Positions 24,045 to 37,056 of a stretch of DNA of 43,583 nt are shown in pieces (within the stretch, counting starts at the first letter, position 1; each line of letters begins with the position of its first letter). The translations under genes were made by a program, and so were the position numbers. The DNA comes from Torpedo marmorata (Eukaryota): NCBI GenBank assembly GCA_977017645.1, contig OZ360238.1, positions 43,462,001-43,505,583 of the forward strand. The letters are read 5' to 3'. The notes beneath the pieces were generated by a model. It worked only from the letters and a program-made list of their open reading frames with translations. It was not told where the DNA came from and made no database searches.

Positions 24045-25030
24045 TGGAAAGCCTCTCTCAACTCCATCTATACATCCCGTTTTCTCGAGAAAGCTGCCAA
24101 CATACTAAAGGACAAATCCCACCCCAGTCACATTCTCCTCTCCACCACCCCTTCTATAAAGCAGAGGAAACATTTATGAAAGCACGAACCTCCAGATTCA
24201 AGGGTAGTTTCCTTCCTGCTGTTATTGGATTCTTAAATGGACTTGTCTTTGATAAAAATATTTTACCCTTACACTGTTTTATCTGTATTTTACTCTTTTC
24301 CCTGCTCTTTGTCTTTGGAACACGATACTCTGCACTCATTGACTTACTGTAAAATTACACCCTGTACTTTTCTTTTGGGCTCCTCATTTAAGAAAGCATG
24401 TGCTGATGTTAGAGAGGATTTCAGAGGAGGTTCACAAGGATGATTCCGGGAATTAAAGGATTATCATATGAGGAACGTTTGACGGCTCTTGGCAAGTACT
24501 CATTAAAATTTAGGAGAATGAGGGGGGATCTCATTGAAACATTTCGAATGTTGAAAAGTATGGACAGAGTAGATGTAGAAATGTTGTTTCTCATGGTGGG
24601 AGAGTCTAGGACAAGAGAGCACAATTTCAGGATTGATGGGCAACCACTCAGAACAAACATGCGGAGGAATATCTTTAGCCAGAAGGTGGTGAATTTGTGG
24701 AATTTGTTGCCACAGGTGGTTGTGGAGGCCAAGTCATTGGGTGCATTTAAAGCAGGCATTGAATAGGTTCTTGATTAGCCAGGGCATCAAAGGTTATTGG
24801 GAGAAGGCCAGGCAATGGGGCTGAGTGGGAAAATGGATTAGCTCATGATTGAATGGTGGGGCAGACTCAATGGTCTGAATAGCCTATTTCTGCTCATATG
24901 TCTTATTGTGTTATGGTCTTATGGTCTTTCCCTGCTGTATTAAGCATGAGTTGACTTGCCTGGATAGCACGCAAAACAAAGCATTTCACTCTATCTTGGA
25001 ATACCTATCAATAAACAATGCAATTCAATC
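24045..25030 (+). mobile_element. Old Rex1-like 3' remnant split by CR1
   Basis: Degenerate KAANILKD..HP.H and ARTSRFKGSFLPAVIGFLN; tail resumes after 24930 with gcaaaacaaagcatttcact...aataaa. Confidence 0.6.
24375..24927 (+). mobile_element. CR1 LINE 3' fragment
   Basis: ORF 24440-24766 GLSYEERL...RRMRGDLIETF...FSQKVVNLWNLLP; (ttatggtc)n-like tail. Confidence 0.92.
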
Positions 25031-25431
25031 TGGTTCAATGCGTAGATGCTGCTGAATGGTTGAGTGTTTTTGACATTTTCTGTGTTTTTATTTCCCTAAC
25101 TGCAGTATTTTGCTATTGTACTTTTGCATCAAAACACTCCATCATTTCAACTAGGCAACTAGGGATGAGAAATAAATGTTGGCCTTTCCAAGAATTAATT
25201 AAAACATCATTCACGCATATGCCCAGCAGAAATCACTGGAAAATAATGAGCAGCAAATCCCTGAATTAATTTTTCCTCTTCATGGCTCCAGGGCATGATC
25301 ACAACTGTAGATCTCCCACAGTCAACTAGGATTCGAACCCTTTCCCAGTCTCTCCATTGCATGTAAAATTCTCTCTTCAATTTCATTCTCAATTTAAAAA
25401 AAATTCCTGCTGATATCTTGAATATTGAAAA

Positions 25432-25957
25432 CAGTTTTGGTCTCTTTATCTGAGGAAGGACATTCTTGCTTTGGAGAGAATGTAGTGAATGCTCGCCAGA
25501 CTGATGTGTGGGATGGCAGGGCTGACAAATGAAGAAAGACTGGAGAGACTAAAGTTACACTCATTGAAATTTAGAAGAATGAGAGGGGATCTCATAGATT
25601 CACATTAAATACTGACAGGACGAGACAGGTTAGATGCACAAAAATGGTTCCTGATGAACAAAGGGGGTCACAGTCCAAGGATAATGGGTCAGCCATTTAG
25701 GACTGAGATGAGGAGAAACTTCTTCACTCAGAGAGTTGTGAACTTGTGGAGCTCTCTGCCACAGAATGTTGTTGAGGCCAGTTCATTAGATATGTTCCAA
25801 GGGGAGTTGGATGTGAGCCTTATGGCTAACGGGATCAAGGGGTATGGAGAGAAACCAGTAATAGGTTGCTGAGGCTGATCATACTGAATGCTGGTGTAGA
25901 CTCGAAAGGCTGAAGGGCCTACGTCTGCATCCATTTTCGATGTGCCTGTGAGTCTAT
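25432..25957 (+). mobile_element. CR1 LINE 3' fragment
   Basis: ORF 25654-25872 FRTEMRRNFFTQRVVNLWSSLP; ggctgaagggcct 3' motif. Confidence 0.88.
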
Positions 25958-25989
25958 GAATAATCTTGATCGGGGGGGGGGGGGTGTTG

Positions 25990-26250
25990 GGGGGACATGG
26001 TTACCAAAGCAATTAGCGCAACATTTTTATGCAACAGCGACTTGGGTTTGAATCCGGCGCTGTCTGTAAGGAGTTTGTGCGTTCTCCCCGTTTCTGCGTG
26101 GGTTTCCTCCGGATGTTCTGGTTTCCTCCCACATTCCAAAGATGTACAGGGGTAGTAGGTTGATTGGCCACATGGGTTTAATTGGGTGGTTCAAGCTCAT
26201 GGGCTGGAAAGACCTATTACCATGCTGTATCTCTAAATAAGTAAAATAAT
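25990..26250 (+). mobile_element. V-SINE (HE1-like)
   Basis: gggtttgaatcc B-box-like motif, V-domain ctgtctgtaaggagtttgtgcgttctcccc, tail ccatgctgtatctctaaataa. Confidence 0.85.
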
Positions 26251-26324
26251 AATCAGAAACACATCAATTTTCCTCTCTGTCCTGTTCTGAAGCCATCAAT
26301 AAATGTTTTTCTATTATAATCATA

Positions 26325-26702
26325 AGCCCCTTTCACACTGGAAACTTGTCCTAGTAATTGCCGGCCGATTTACCGTTTAAGGGTCCAGTGTGAAAGCGAA
26401 TTAATCGGCACACCGGCGTCAAATCACGTTGGGGATGGACGGCCTCGACCCCTACTCTCATCCCCGGCGTCAACTGATGCCTGCGTGCCGATTAGCCCAG
26501 TGTGAAAGGGACACTTACACAGTGATGCATTGATGACGTTTACGGTAGAAGGTAGACTCTCCTATCCCCGGGGATGCCTTGTGGTGAATGTGAAAGGACG
26601 CAGTGTCCCGGTTAACAGTGGTCCAGTGTGAACAGCAAAAACGGCTTCTTTAACCGGGACACTGAACGGCCAATTTACTGGTTAGCCAATGTGAAAGAGG
26701 CT
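26325..26702. mobile_element. Harbinger/PIF MITE
   Basis: TIRs agcccctttcacactgg / ccaatgtgaaagaggct (15/17); 3-bp TSD ata at 26322-26324 and 26703-26705; repeated (cag)tgtgaa motifs. Confidence 0.85.
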
Positions 26703-26993
26703 ATAGATATTAACAAGTGTTTACCTGACTTTCTGTGCCAGACAGTTATGTAAACACATGATCATAATATATCTGGCTTAACATGATCAAGTAAAAAAAT
26801 ATTATTGCCTCTTATTATATAAACCAAGGTGGTGTGTAACTATTTCTCTGCTCCACTCTTCACTAACTCAGCATTATGTTCTTTTCAAGTGGACTAAAAT
26901 TGATGATTACATTCAATGAGTTAGACACTGGGAAATTTAGTAACATGTAATACTGTGTCGTGAAGACATTGAGCACAGCAACAAAAAAAAATC

Positions 26994-27454
26994 AATCTGC
27001 TGGAGGAACTCAGCAGGCTGAGCAGCACCAGTGGGAGAAAAAACACAATTGAAGTTTCATGTCAGATCCCTTCATCAAGACTTCATCATGAGAGTGCTGA
27101 CTGCAAGAAGGGTGCCCGAAGGGCCTCGGGCACTGACGGCTTTTTGATCGTGTCGGAGCTTTGGAACTGGAGCTCGGGTTGCCGATGGATCAATCAGGGA
27201 TCTGTGCAGCTGCAAAGGCTGCAGGAACATTGGAAGTGAATCCATGGACACTCAAGGGAGTCTGAAGGGACTCTCTTTTGCTACTCTTTCTCTCTTACTG
27301 TTAGGGGTGCTGGACAATGCTCATGGCGACTCTTTGTCTAATAGCAGGCAGAAGGAAATTTTGTGTAATATTACATTTTCTGTCTTATTACATGATAATA
27401 AAGGAATCTTGAATCTTGAATGCTGCTTGACCTGCTGAGTTCCTCCAGCAGATT
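26994..27454. mobile_element. Penelope-derived element with inverted termini
   Basis: 34-bp inverted repeats 26994-27027 and 27421-27454 (31/34) matching the pLTR motif gacctgctgagtt.ctccagca; reverse hammerhead remnant at 27054-27079. Confidence 0.7.
27100..27420 (+). mobile_element. Second, 5'-truncated copy of the GC-rich Rex-tailed retroposon
   Basis: Shares ctggagctcgggttgccgatgg, gggactctcttttgct and the aataaa..gaatcttgaatcttgaa tail with 5391-6129; tgctg flanks at 27095-27099 and 27421-27425. Confidence 0.8.
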
Positions 27455-30400
27455 ATTTTTTGCTAGAGCAAAGCAAAAGACAGTTCTGTGAGTCATTGAC
27501 AAAATAACTAAAACTTCCCAGTCATTTTGACACTTCATCGCTGCTAAGAAAAAACCTGCACTGATATAGCATGTCCCACTACTGCAGGATACCCCAAGTC
27601 ACTGTGAAGTGCAATTGAAGCATATAGTTAAGAGTTTAACAAATGCAGCAGCCAATTTGCAGATGACAGGTTTCCACAAACAGGGATGTGAAAATGAGCA
27701 GATAATGAGCTGAGACTTGATGGAATGGTAACTCATGCCTGACCAATTAGTTAGGCATTTTCTTGCACCATTCAGCTCAAATGTCCCATAACTTGCTGGA
27801 AGTTGAAGGTAACAGGGCATTTGGGACTCTGGTGAATGATGGAACCAACAGTCTGTCTCCTTAATAAATGATATTAATGGATTGAGTCATAAACAGAGAA
27901 AGGGCTGAAAAATAAATTGAATTAGAGTGAGAGAATTTACTGCCATTCAGGTACAGGAAGAGAAGTTGCAAAAGTAATTGGTTAAAAAGAGAAATAACGC
28001 AGAAAGGAAAAGTAAGTTAAAAATAATAAACTTAAAATGTTTCAAATCTTTACCAAGTGAAGGACCAAGACAACACAATTTTAATTGTTCTCTTTCTGAA
28101 CCAGAGAGTTTGATTGGCAATCATTAACAATTATCCCTTCATTAAAGGGCACTTACATTATTAATTACCAGATTAACTTCCTGCAGCGTGTTTAATGGGC
28201 AATTAATGTCCAAGAGTAGCAACTTTGTGAAACTTACAACAAGGATAAGGGCAGGATGGTGCTTTAAGAAAATGAATGGTGGAGTAGCACTAATCACCCA
28301 ACAACTTGTTGTGATTTGAAAATTACAGGGTACCTGATTTTCACTAGAAATTGCAAAATGATTTGCATCTTAATAATAGTATATGCTGCTCACACAACAT
28401 ATTTTTTTCAGTAGTTTCGGCCCAATCTGAAATCTAAATTTTACAAAAAGATAAAGGTTGTTCAAGATTTTTTCCATATTTCTTTAATTGGAGATGTTTT
28501 ACAATCACTTGAAAGGAATTAATATTTTATGCAAACTACAGCCCAACACTTCTTCTGTGTTGCAACAGAGGGTCAACCTAAATCACGTGCTGGAGCTTGA
28601 ACACATAAATTGTAGACTCAAATGCAAAGATGCCAGAAGCTCAACCACAACCTTTGCCTGATTTAGCACTTTCAAGCAACATGGAACTCTCCCCGGGTGG
28701 AATACTCCACTACTCTTCTATGCACATTTTATAAATTGGTTAATTCCTCTTTAGGAATGTGAAAGGCAGTTCTGAGAACTGTGTTTCTCTGTGGCATGAA
28801 ATTTATAATTTGCAACACCCGCAAATTGAAATTTTACAAAAATACTTACATATTGTAATGCTAAATATAGAGCAGATATCAGGTCTTGAAAGATAAGACT
28901 ACAATAGGCCTCATTCGATTTCAACAAGACAAAACAACGAATTAACACGTGATTAATCTAAAGATGTTTATGATTATTTTGTCTAATTTGAGTGCAACCT
29001 CCAGCACAGAATGAGCTTGGTGAAGTGATTTATATGAGGAGCAGCAAAAATGAACAGTTATACAATTAACAAAATTTGAGCAAAGTCTCTCCTAAATTGA
29101 ATCAGATGTGGTCTTAAATTGAGTCACTTGTGAACTGGGTTTGAAGGGGCATGTGTCAGTAACTGGTGAGAGCCAATAAATATAACAAGATAACTTATGT
29201 CAGAAAATTGTACTTCACAGGTTCTTGAATGCTGATGGTTTGTAAATTAGAAATAAATAGATACATTATATATTTTTTATAATGAAAGTTTTCTATCGCT
29301 TCAGATGCTGCATGACCTGCCAAGAAATTTAAGCAATTTTTGATTTTCATTCAGATTTTTGTCATCTGTAATAAAGTTTTGCAGTTGGAGAATATGTAAC
29401 CTTTTCCATTTTCCAGGAGGAAAAAGGAGTTTCATGTGATTGTAGTGGAAAATGTTAGAATTCGAGGGCAAATTACCAGTTTTGGAATTGAGAATAGGTT
29501 GGTTTTTTGATGACTGGATGAAGTGATCTGAAAGATTCCTCCTTTCACAGATGCTGCATGGTCTGCTGTGTATCTCAACACTTCTGCCTTTATTTCAGGT
29601 CTTAAAATCTTGCATTGGATGGTTTTGCCTTCTTTATTCTATTTACAGAAGTGGGAGCATGTAAACACTTTGGAATGTCTGGAGATATGAACGGCATGAC
29701 CTTAATTCAAGTTATTTTTTTCCAAAGAGAAGAGAAATGCAATGCTTGTGCACATGGAATGAGTAGTGGTTTTGATTGTTGAGTTCATCCAAAGAAATGA
29801 CTCAGATTTAATACCCCGAATGGCAATCTTTCTGTTGTTCGACGCTAAAATCTATCTATTTTGCACATGTTTAGTTCGTCCTGCTGTGGTCATATGTCTA
29901 GTGCTTAAGTGATTTGTACCCTGAGTCCCCAAACGGTTGTATTGCTTTAATTTATGGCAGCTTTATGATAGTAAATTGCAATATCATGGGGCCACGGTGA
30001 ATTTCCCAGCATTTCTGCAGACCGTCACTGTTTCAATTTAAGTAAAGGACTTTAGACGATCGATTGATTCAAAATACTTTGCTCACTCCCCACAGTGGGT
30101 GGTTATAGATTTGTTGTTGAAGGTGCTCACAACGGAACTGATGCGTACTGTAGTTATTAACACTTGCCAACGACCTGACGGTGGGCTGCAGGTTAGAGGA
30201 AGTGCAGTATACCCTCTTCACTTCCAAGACCTCTGTTGCTTTCAGTGTTTGGCCGTGTAATCTCATTGGCTGCGAAAAGAAAAACATCTACCATTCCGAA
30301 CAAAAAAATCTAAGTTCGGAAATCACTTACCTCCGCAAAACGGTAAACATTTAGACTGAAGCGTTGATTGGGAAATGGGCAATCTTCCAACGTTGGCTGG

Positions 30401-30742
30401 GTGATCAATGCCTGAAATGATCCGCGTTCGGTCTCCAGAGAACATCTCGCTCAATAATGTGTTTTTATTACCATCGAATGCTCAACTTGATAAAAGTTAA
30501 GTATCCAAGCTGCAGATATCATTTTTTTCGTGGTTATTTGGTGTTCTCATCGAGATTAAGGCGACCAGTGGTGGTAAAGAGGGAAAATTAACACGAAAGT
30601 GGCCAAAGAAATTCATTAAAATATAAAACAAATCTTTATTTTGGAGAATTACAGCGTGGTCCTGCAGCAAGGTTGAACCTGGCGACAGTGGGGGATGCAA
30701 GAACTGCTTACTCAACATTCCTATCAAGATTATAACCAATAT

Positions 30743-32451
30743 CAGAATCAGAATTTATTGTCATGAACAAGTCATGAAATTCGGTGTTTTGCGGCAGCAT
30801 CATAGTGCAATTAACATTCATATTAACCATCTTACGACATTACTAGAAAAAATAAAAATAATAGTGCACGAAAAGTAAGGCAGTGTCTTTGGTTCATTGA
30901 TTATTCAGGAATCTGATGGCAGCGGGGAAGAAGCTGTCCTTGTGCAGTTGAGTGCTCGTCTTTAGGCTCCTGTAATTTTTTCCCGATGGAAGCAGAGTGA
31001 AGAGGGCATGGCCTGGGTGGTGGGGGTCTTTGAGGATAGTGGCTGCTTTTTTAAGACACCGCCTCATGTTGATGTCCTCGATGGAGAGAAGTTTGGTGCC
31101 TGTGATGTCACAGGCCGAGTAAACAACCCTCTGGAGTTTACTCTTGTCCTGAGAGTTGGCACCTCCATACCAGGCAGTGATGCAACCAGCCAGAATGCTC
31201 TCCACGGTACACCTGTAGAAGTTTACGAGAGTCTTCGGTGACATACCGAATCTCCGCAGACACCTCACAAAGTATAGCCACTGACGAGCCTTCTTTGTGA
31301 TTGCATCAACATGGATGCTCCAGGACAGATCCTCGGAGATGTTGACACCCAGGAATTTGAAGTTCTTGACCCTCTCCACTACTGAGCCCTCGATGAGGAC
31401 TGGGTCATGTTCCCCTGACTTCCTCCTGAAGTCCACAATCATCTCCTTGGTTTTGCTGACGTTGAGCTCAAGGTTGTTGCCATTACACCATTCAACGAGT
31501 TGATCTATCGCCCTCCTGTACACTTCCTCATTGCCGTTTGTGATTCTGCCGACAACTGTGGTGTCATCGGCAAACTTGTCGATGGCATTGGAATTATGCC
31601 TGGCCACACAGTCATGGGTGTATAATGAGTAGAGCAGTGGACTAAGCACGCATCCTTGGGGTGCGCCTGTGTTGATAATCAGTGAGGAGGAGACGTTGTT
31701 TCCAATTCGTACTGACTGTGGTCTTCCGGTGAGAAAGTCAAGGATCCAGTTGCAGAGTGGGGTACAGAGGCCTAGAGTTTGTAGCTTCTTGACCAGCACT
31801 GAGGGAATGATGGTATTGAAGGCCGAGCTGTAGTCGATAAAGAGCAGTCGTATGTATGAATTGCTGTTTTCGAGGTGATCCAGAGCTGAGTGGAGAGCCA
31901 GCAATATTGCATCTGCTGTGGAGTGATTGTGACGATAGGCGAATTGCAGTGGTTCCAGATCTTTGCTTAGCTACATGTTAATTCTGGCCACGACCAGCCT
32001 CTCTAAGCATTTAATCACAGTAGAAGTTAGTGCTACTGGGCGGTAGTCGTTGAGGCAGCCCACACTACTCTTCTTGGGTACCGGGATGATTGATGCCCTT
32101 TTGAAGCAGGTGGGAACCTCTGACTGCCGCAATGAGAGGTTGAGAATGTCCGTGAACACTCCGGCTAGTTGGTTGGAGCAGATTTTCAGTACCCTGGCAG
32201 GTACGCCCTCAGGGCCTGACGCCTTGCGAGGGTTCACCCTCTTGAATGATGTTCTGACGTCGCCCTCAGAGACAGATATCACAGTGTCCTCAGCCTTTTC
32301 AGGGATTCTAGTAGGCACTGTTTTGTTCTCCTTCTCGAAACGGGCATAGAAGGTGTTCAGCTCATCGGGTAGTGAAGCCTCACCACCGTCTATAGTGTTC
32401 GCCCTCGCTTTGTAGACTGTGATGGCCTGCACTCCCTGCCATAGCTGGCGT
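30743..32451 (-). mobile_element. Rex1/Babar LINE, 5'-truncated, RT nearly intact
   Basis: [42 protein letters not shown]; one in-frame stop at 31971-31973; (gattct)n tail; aatat flanks at 30738-30742 and 32452-32456. Confidence 0.95.
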
Positions 32452-33711
32452 AATATGTAAATTAGTTGAAAACAATAATAATAACGGGCAAATTCCACGC
32501 TTTTATCCTTCACTATTTTGTTGCACATCCCCAGCGGTGATGTAAGATCCTATTTTTGTTCATTTTTTTGTTTCTTTCTTTGCAATAATGAAATTTTTAA
32601 AAATGCCCAATGGGTCAATTCCGGATAGGTCCTTTATGTCTATAGTCTATTTTGATACATATAATTTAGAAGATCTGCTACCTTCTCCTCTTTTTTTCCA
32701 GAATTTTCTCTTATTCTAGAAAAATTTGGGGGGGTTTGGTTAACACACCCTGATCTGCTCACCATTTTGTAGCCCAAATGGTTATACCATATTCTGCATC
32801 TATCTTATCCTTCAGAGTCATGCCCTGGCTCCCGCCCCAGTATCTGTCCTATCGCACGTCATTCCGGGGTTAGCAGCGCTCCAAGTGCTCATTTAATGTT
32901 GTTCAGAATCTAAGAAGGCTACCAGAGTTTAAAAGTAGGGATTTTGAATGTGAGGATATCAACAACTCCAGTGCAAAGAAAAATGAATACTGCGGAGAAA
33001 GCCGCAAATCAAAGTTATAAAGAGTATTTCGTTATTCTTCTGTACAACGCTGCTTAAAACAAAACGAACATGACAATGAGATAAAGGCGATGATCCTGGT
33101 AAATGGATAAAAGGTTTACCTTTGAGTCAGGATCTGGCGTAGGTAAAGAGTTCTCAATTTCTCATCAAAGCTATGAATTTCTCATTAAAACGGACATCAG
33201 TGCAGGATGGGCGTTATCAACACCCCACTTAGAACTCAACTCTTAAAGATTCTAATTTGGGACTAAGGGATGTATTTCAATAGCATCGACAGAGTTATTT
33301 TGAGCAACTTCAACAACAGTGTGAAGGATCTCGAACCTGTCAGCAAAATGGACACACTAGGGACTAATGTGAAAACCATGTCAAACATAACTGGCGAGAT
33401 TTCTTACGTGTATTGCTGGTACGAATCGGTAACAAAGGGATGGGGTGCACAAAGGGATGGAATTAGAAGAGCAGAAACCACATTGGTGTGCATGGTCAGG
33501 GAGGGGAGTGGGAATCAAGGTGTGAATTGGTGCGACCCATCGGGATATCAGAGATAAAACAATAAGAAAAGTTATGGAGTTATTTAAACACAGGGATGTG
33601 ATTTTAAAACGGATGCATTAGATTCAAATATCAAAATCTAATATCTTATCATCATGGCGCCAAGTTATTAACATTACCTACTTGCATCAATAACGACTCG
33701 ATAGGCCTGAG

Positions 33712-34370
33712 GGATACAGGCTCACAAATCCCTGAAAGTGGGGATAGAGGTTGACGGAGTGGTGAAGAAGACGTTTGGCATGATTGCCTGTATCGGTCAA
33801 GACCTTGAGTACAGAGGGTGGGACACCCATGTTGCAGCAATAGAAGATGCTAGTAAGGCCGCATTTGGGATCGTGCGTGCAATTCTGGTCTCCCTGCCGG
33901 AGGAAGGATTTCATTCAGCTCGAAGGGGTGCAAGGAAAGATTCACGAGGTTGTTATCAGGGATGAATAGCTGTAAGAGAGACTGGGAAGGCGATGACCTT
34001 TTTTTTCCCTGGAGGGAAGGAGGTTGAGGTACCCAAAATCGCGATGGGCATAGATAGAGCGAATGGTCACAGTCTTACCCCCACGGTTGGAGTATACAAT
34101 TAGATGTCATCGGTTGAGATTTAAAAGGGCCCTGAAAAGGCAACTTTTTCGAACAGAGGGTTGCGCGCACATGGAACAAGCTACCAGAAGAAGAGAGAGA
34201 AATAGGTACAATTGCGACCTTTGAAAGACATTTGGACAGATACATGATTAGGTAAGGTTTGGGGGGGGGGGATGCGCCAAGTGCCGCAAATCAAACCAGT
34301 TCAGTGGACAACTTGGTCGGCGTGGAATAGATGGGCCGGAGGGTCTTTCCGTGCTGTAAAGCTCCATGGC
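33712..34370 (+). mobile_element. Degraded CR1 3' fragment
   Basis: VVKKTFGMIACIGQDLEYR; caattctggtctccc; ggaacaagctaccag; gatgggccggagggtctttccgtgctgta. Confidence 0.8.
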
Positions 34371-34537
34371 TAACGCATGGCCTAGTTTTGTTTAAAAATG
34401 CGATTGCCGGTGAATGATCATGCTATTGAAATACATCCCTACCCTACAACGGTCCTCTTGTGTCCAATGCGCATTCTGGATTGTCCATTTCTAAACCAGA
34501 ACTATTTATTAGAATTGAAAATATATATAAAAAAACA

Positions 34538-34800
34538 AGTAAAAACACAAAGCTGGGTAAACCCTGCCTTCATTTTGCTCATACCTTGATGAAGGGCTCA
34601 AGCCCGAAACGTCGGTTATGTATTTCTAACTTTGCTACATAAAAGACACTGTTTGACCTGCTGAGTTTCTCCAGCATTTGTGTTTTTTACTTCAACCACG
34701 GTGTCTACAGATTTTCGTGTTTTACGTTCGTTTTGTATCTTTGCTACATAAAGTGCACTGTTTCCCCAGCATTGGTTTTACTCAATCACGATGTCTGCAA
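34538..34800 (+). mobile_element. Partial tandem Penelope pLTRs with a hammerhead-like motif
   Basis: 34578-34725 matches the young pLTR, is followed by a diverged second copy (tttgctacataaagtgcactgttt...tcaatcacgatgtctgca) and preceded by a short inverted piece agtaaaaacacaaagctgg. Confidence 0.85.
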
Positions 34801-35212
34801 TAAAAAGACAATACTGGAGGTACCAGACACGTGAAAAAAGGCAGAAAATTCGGGGCTGGGCAGCCTTTGTGAAAAGATAAACGAAGTTAACATTTTGGGT
34901 CGAAGACCTGCTGAATGTTTCCGCTATCTTATGACTTTATCAGAGCTTTTGGTTGGAAGTCATTTCCTTATTGAAGGAATTCGGATTAATTGCCGCAACT
35001 AACCAAACGCACCGTAATGATCGGGCAAAAACCGACATTGCCGCGTCCTGTCTCGCCAAGAGGACGGCAAGCGCACGACTGAAGGACAAAGCTGAACGGT
35101 GACCGCGCTGAATCAATAGCCCAGGCTGTCTACCGTCATTTACGATCTGTAATCTCATATAAGGAAATTATAGCGTCAGGTGTGCAAAGCCAAACAAAGG
35201 GGGTTGGCTTTT

Positions 35213-35300
35213 ATTAGATTAGATTAGATTAGATTCAACGTTATTGTCATGGTGCCAAGTAAAATACAAAGCTATTTAAATACAATTAGCATCCCACCAG
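35213..35300 (-). mobile_element. LINE 3' tail remnant with (ttaga)n
   Basis: Minus strand atgacaataacgttg(aatct)n, the same tail layout as the Rex-type elements. Confidence 0.5.
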
Positions 35301-36585
35301 AAGTTAAAAAAAATAGTGCTGTATACAAACAAACACACCACCAACACACAACATACCAACAAATAACTACGTGCGAATAAAAACAAGCGCATTCAGCAAG
35401 CAAACAATTATAAAAGTACTGGCAGTACAATGTGAGTGCAGTACCATTTATCCCTTCGATTATAACAAGAAACTAAATAACAGGGCAACGTTGGGCGGGA
35501 GTACTCCAATGTTTAAAGATCGGCAAAAATAAAACTCAATACTGCGAAGGGTAAATCGGATGCACGGGTTGCAGCGTGGATTTAAAAGATTACTTGTTAA
35601 ATCAAAGTTAATGTATTCATACATGGACAATGACACTAATGACTATTCATAGGCTTAATTGCGGCAACTGGATTTGCGCGGTGTTCGCACAGTGAGGAAA
35701 TGTAATCGGACCATCAAACCCGCAGACAAGGGCGGTGCGGTTGTGGTCTGGCGCACTGACCTCTACCTTGCCGAGGCCAGTCGACAGCTCTCAGACACCT
35801 CCTCCTACCGACCCCTCCCACAGGACCCCACCACTGCACATCAAGCCACTGTCTCCAACACCATCTCCGACCTCATCACTCTGGTCACTTCCCTTTCACG
35901 GCCGCCAACCTCATTCTCCCCCACCCCCGCACTGCCCTTCTACCTTCTACCCAAGATACACAAACCCAACTATCTGGGCAGACCCATTGTTTCTGCCTGC
36001 TCCTGCCCCACCGAACTAGTTTAATCTTATCTTGACTCCATCTTTTCTCCCCTGGTCCAATCCCTCCCCATCAACATCCGCAACACCTCACATGCCCTCC
36101 ATCTCCTCAATGACTTTAGATTCCCTGAACTGGACCGCATAATCTTCACCATGGATGTCCAATCCCCTTATACCTCTATCCCCCACACAGAAGGTCTGAA
36201 AGCACTTCACTTCTTCCTGGACCAAAGACCCGACCAGTCACCCTCTACCACCACCCTCCTCCACATGGCAGAACTTATCCTCACTCTCAATAACTTCTCC
36301 TTCAACTCATCCCACTTTCTCCAAATCAAAGGAGTATCCATAGGTACCCGCATGGGTCCCAGCTACGCTTGCCTGTTTGTGGGCTTTGTGGAGCAATCCA
36401 TGCTGCAAGCCTACACAGGCAAGACCCCTCATCTCTTCCTCCGTTATATCAATGACTACATCGGGGCTGCCTCATGCACCCGCGATGAGCTTGTCAACTT
36501 CATCCACTTCGCATCCAACTTCCACCACGATCTCAAACTCAACTGGTCCATCTCCGATAACACTCTCCCCTTCCTGGATCTCTCT

Positions 36586-37056
36586 TTTTTTAAAAAATAT
36601 TTTATTTAAATTTTAAAATCACAGATTACATAAAATAATTTTGCATATATTTCAAAGAAAAATACATGTGATTTACATTTTCTCCCCCCCTTCCCACCCT
36701 CCCCACCCTCCCCACCCTCCCTCCCCACCCTAACCCTTATATCCCCACTACTCTAAAAATAATAATATAGTAAAGAGAAAAGAAAAAAGAAAGATAGAAA
36801 AATAGAATGAGGAGACAACAAACTTAAAACTAATTTACCTTAGAGGTTATTTTCGCCAGTGGATCTGATATCCAGAGAGTTTACATTGTTAAACCCATAA
36901 TCCTCATATATGGGCCCCAAATTTTCAAAAAAGAATGATATTTATTTCGCAAATTATAAGTAATTTTTTCTAAAGGTATACATGAACGTAACTCTGCATG
37001 CCATCGTTCTAAATTTAAATCCACATCCGACTTCCAAGTAATAGCTATACACTTTA
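36586..37056 (-). mobile_element. L1 3' end nested in Penelope RT
   Basis: KCIAITWKSDVDL...IPLEKITYNLR; perfect 15-bp TSD ttcctggatctctct at 36571-36585 and 37057-37071. Confidence 0.93.
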
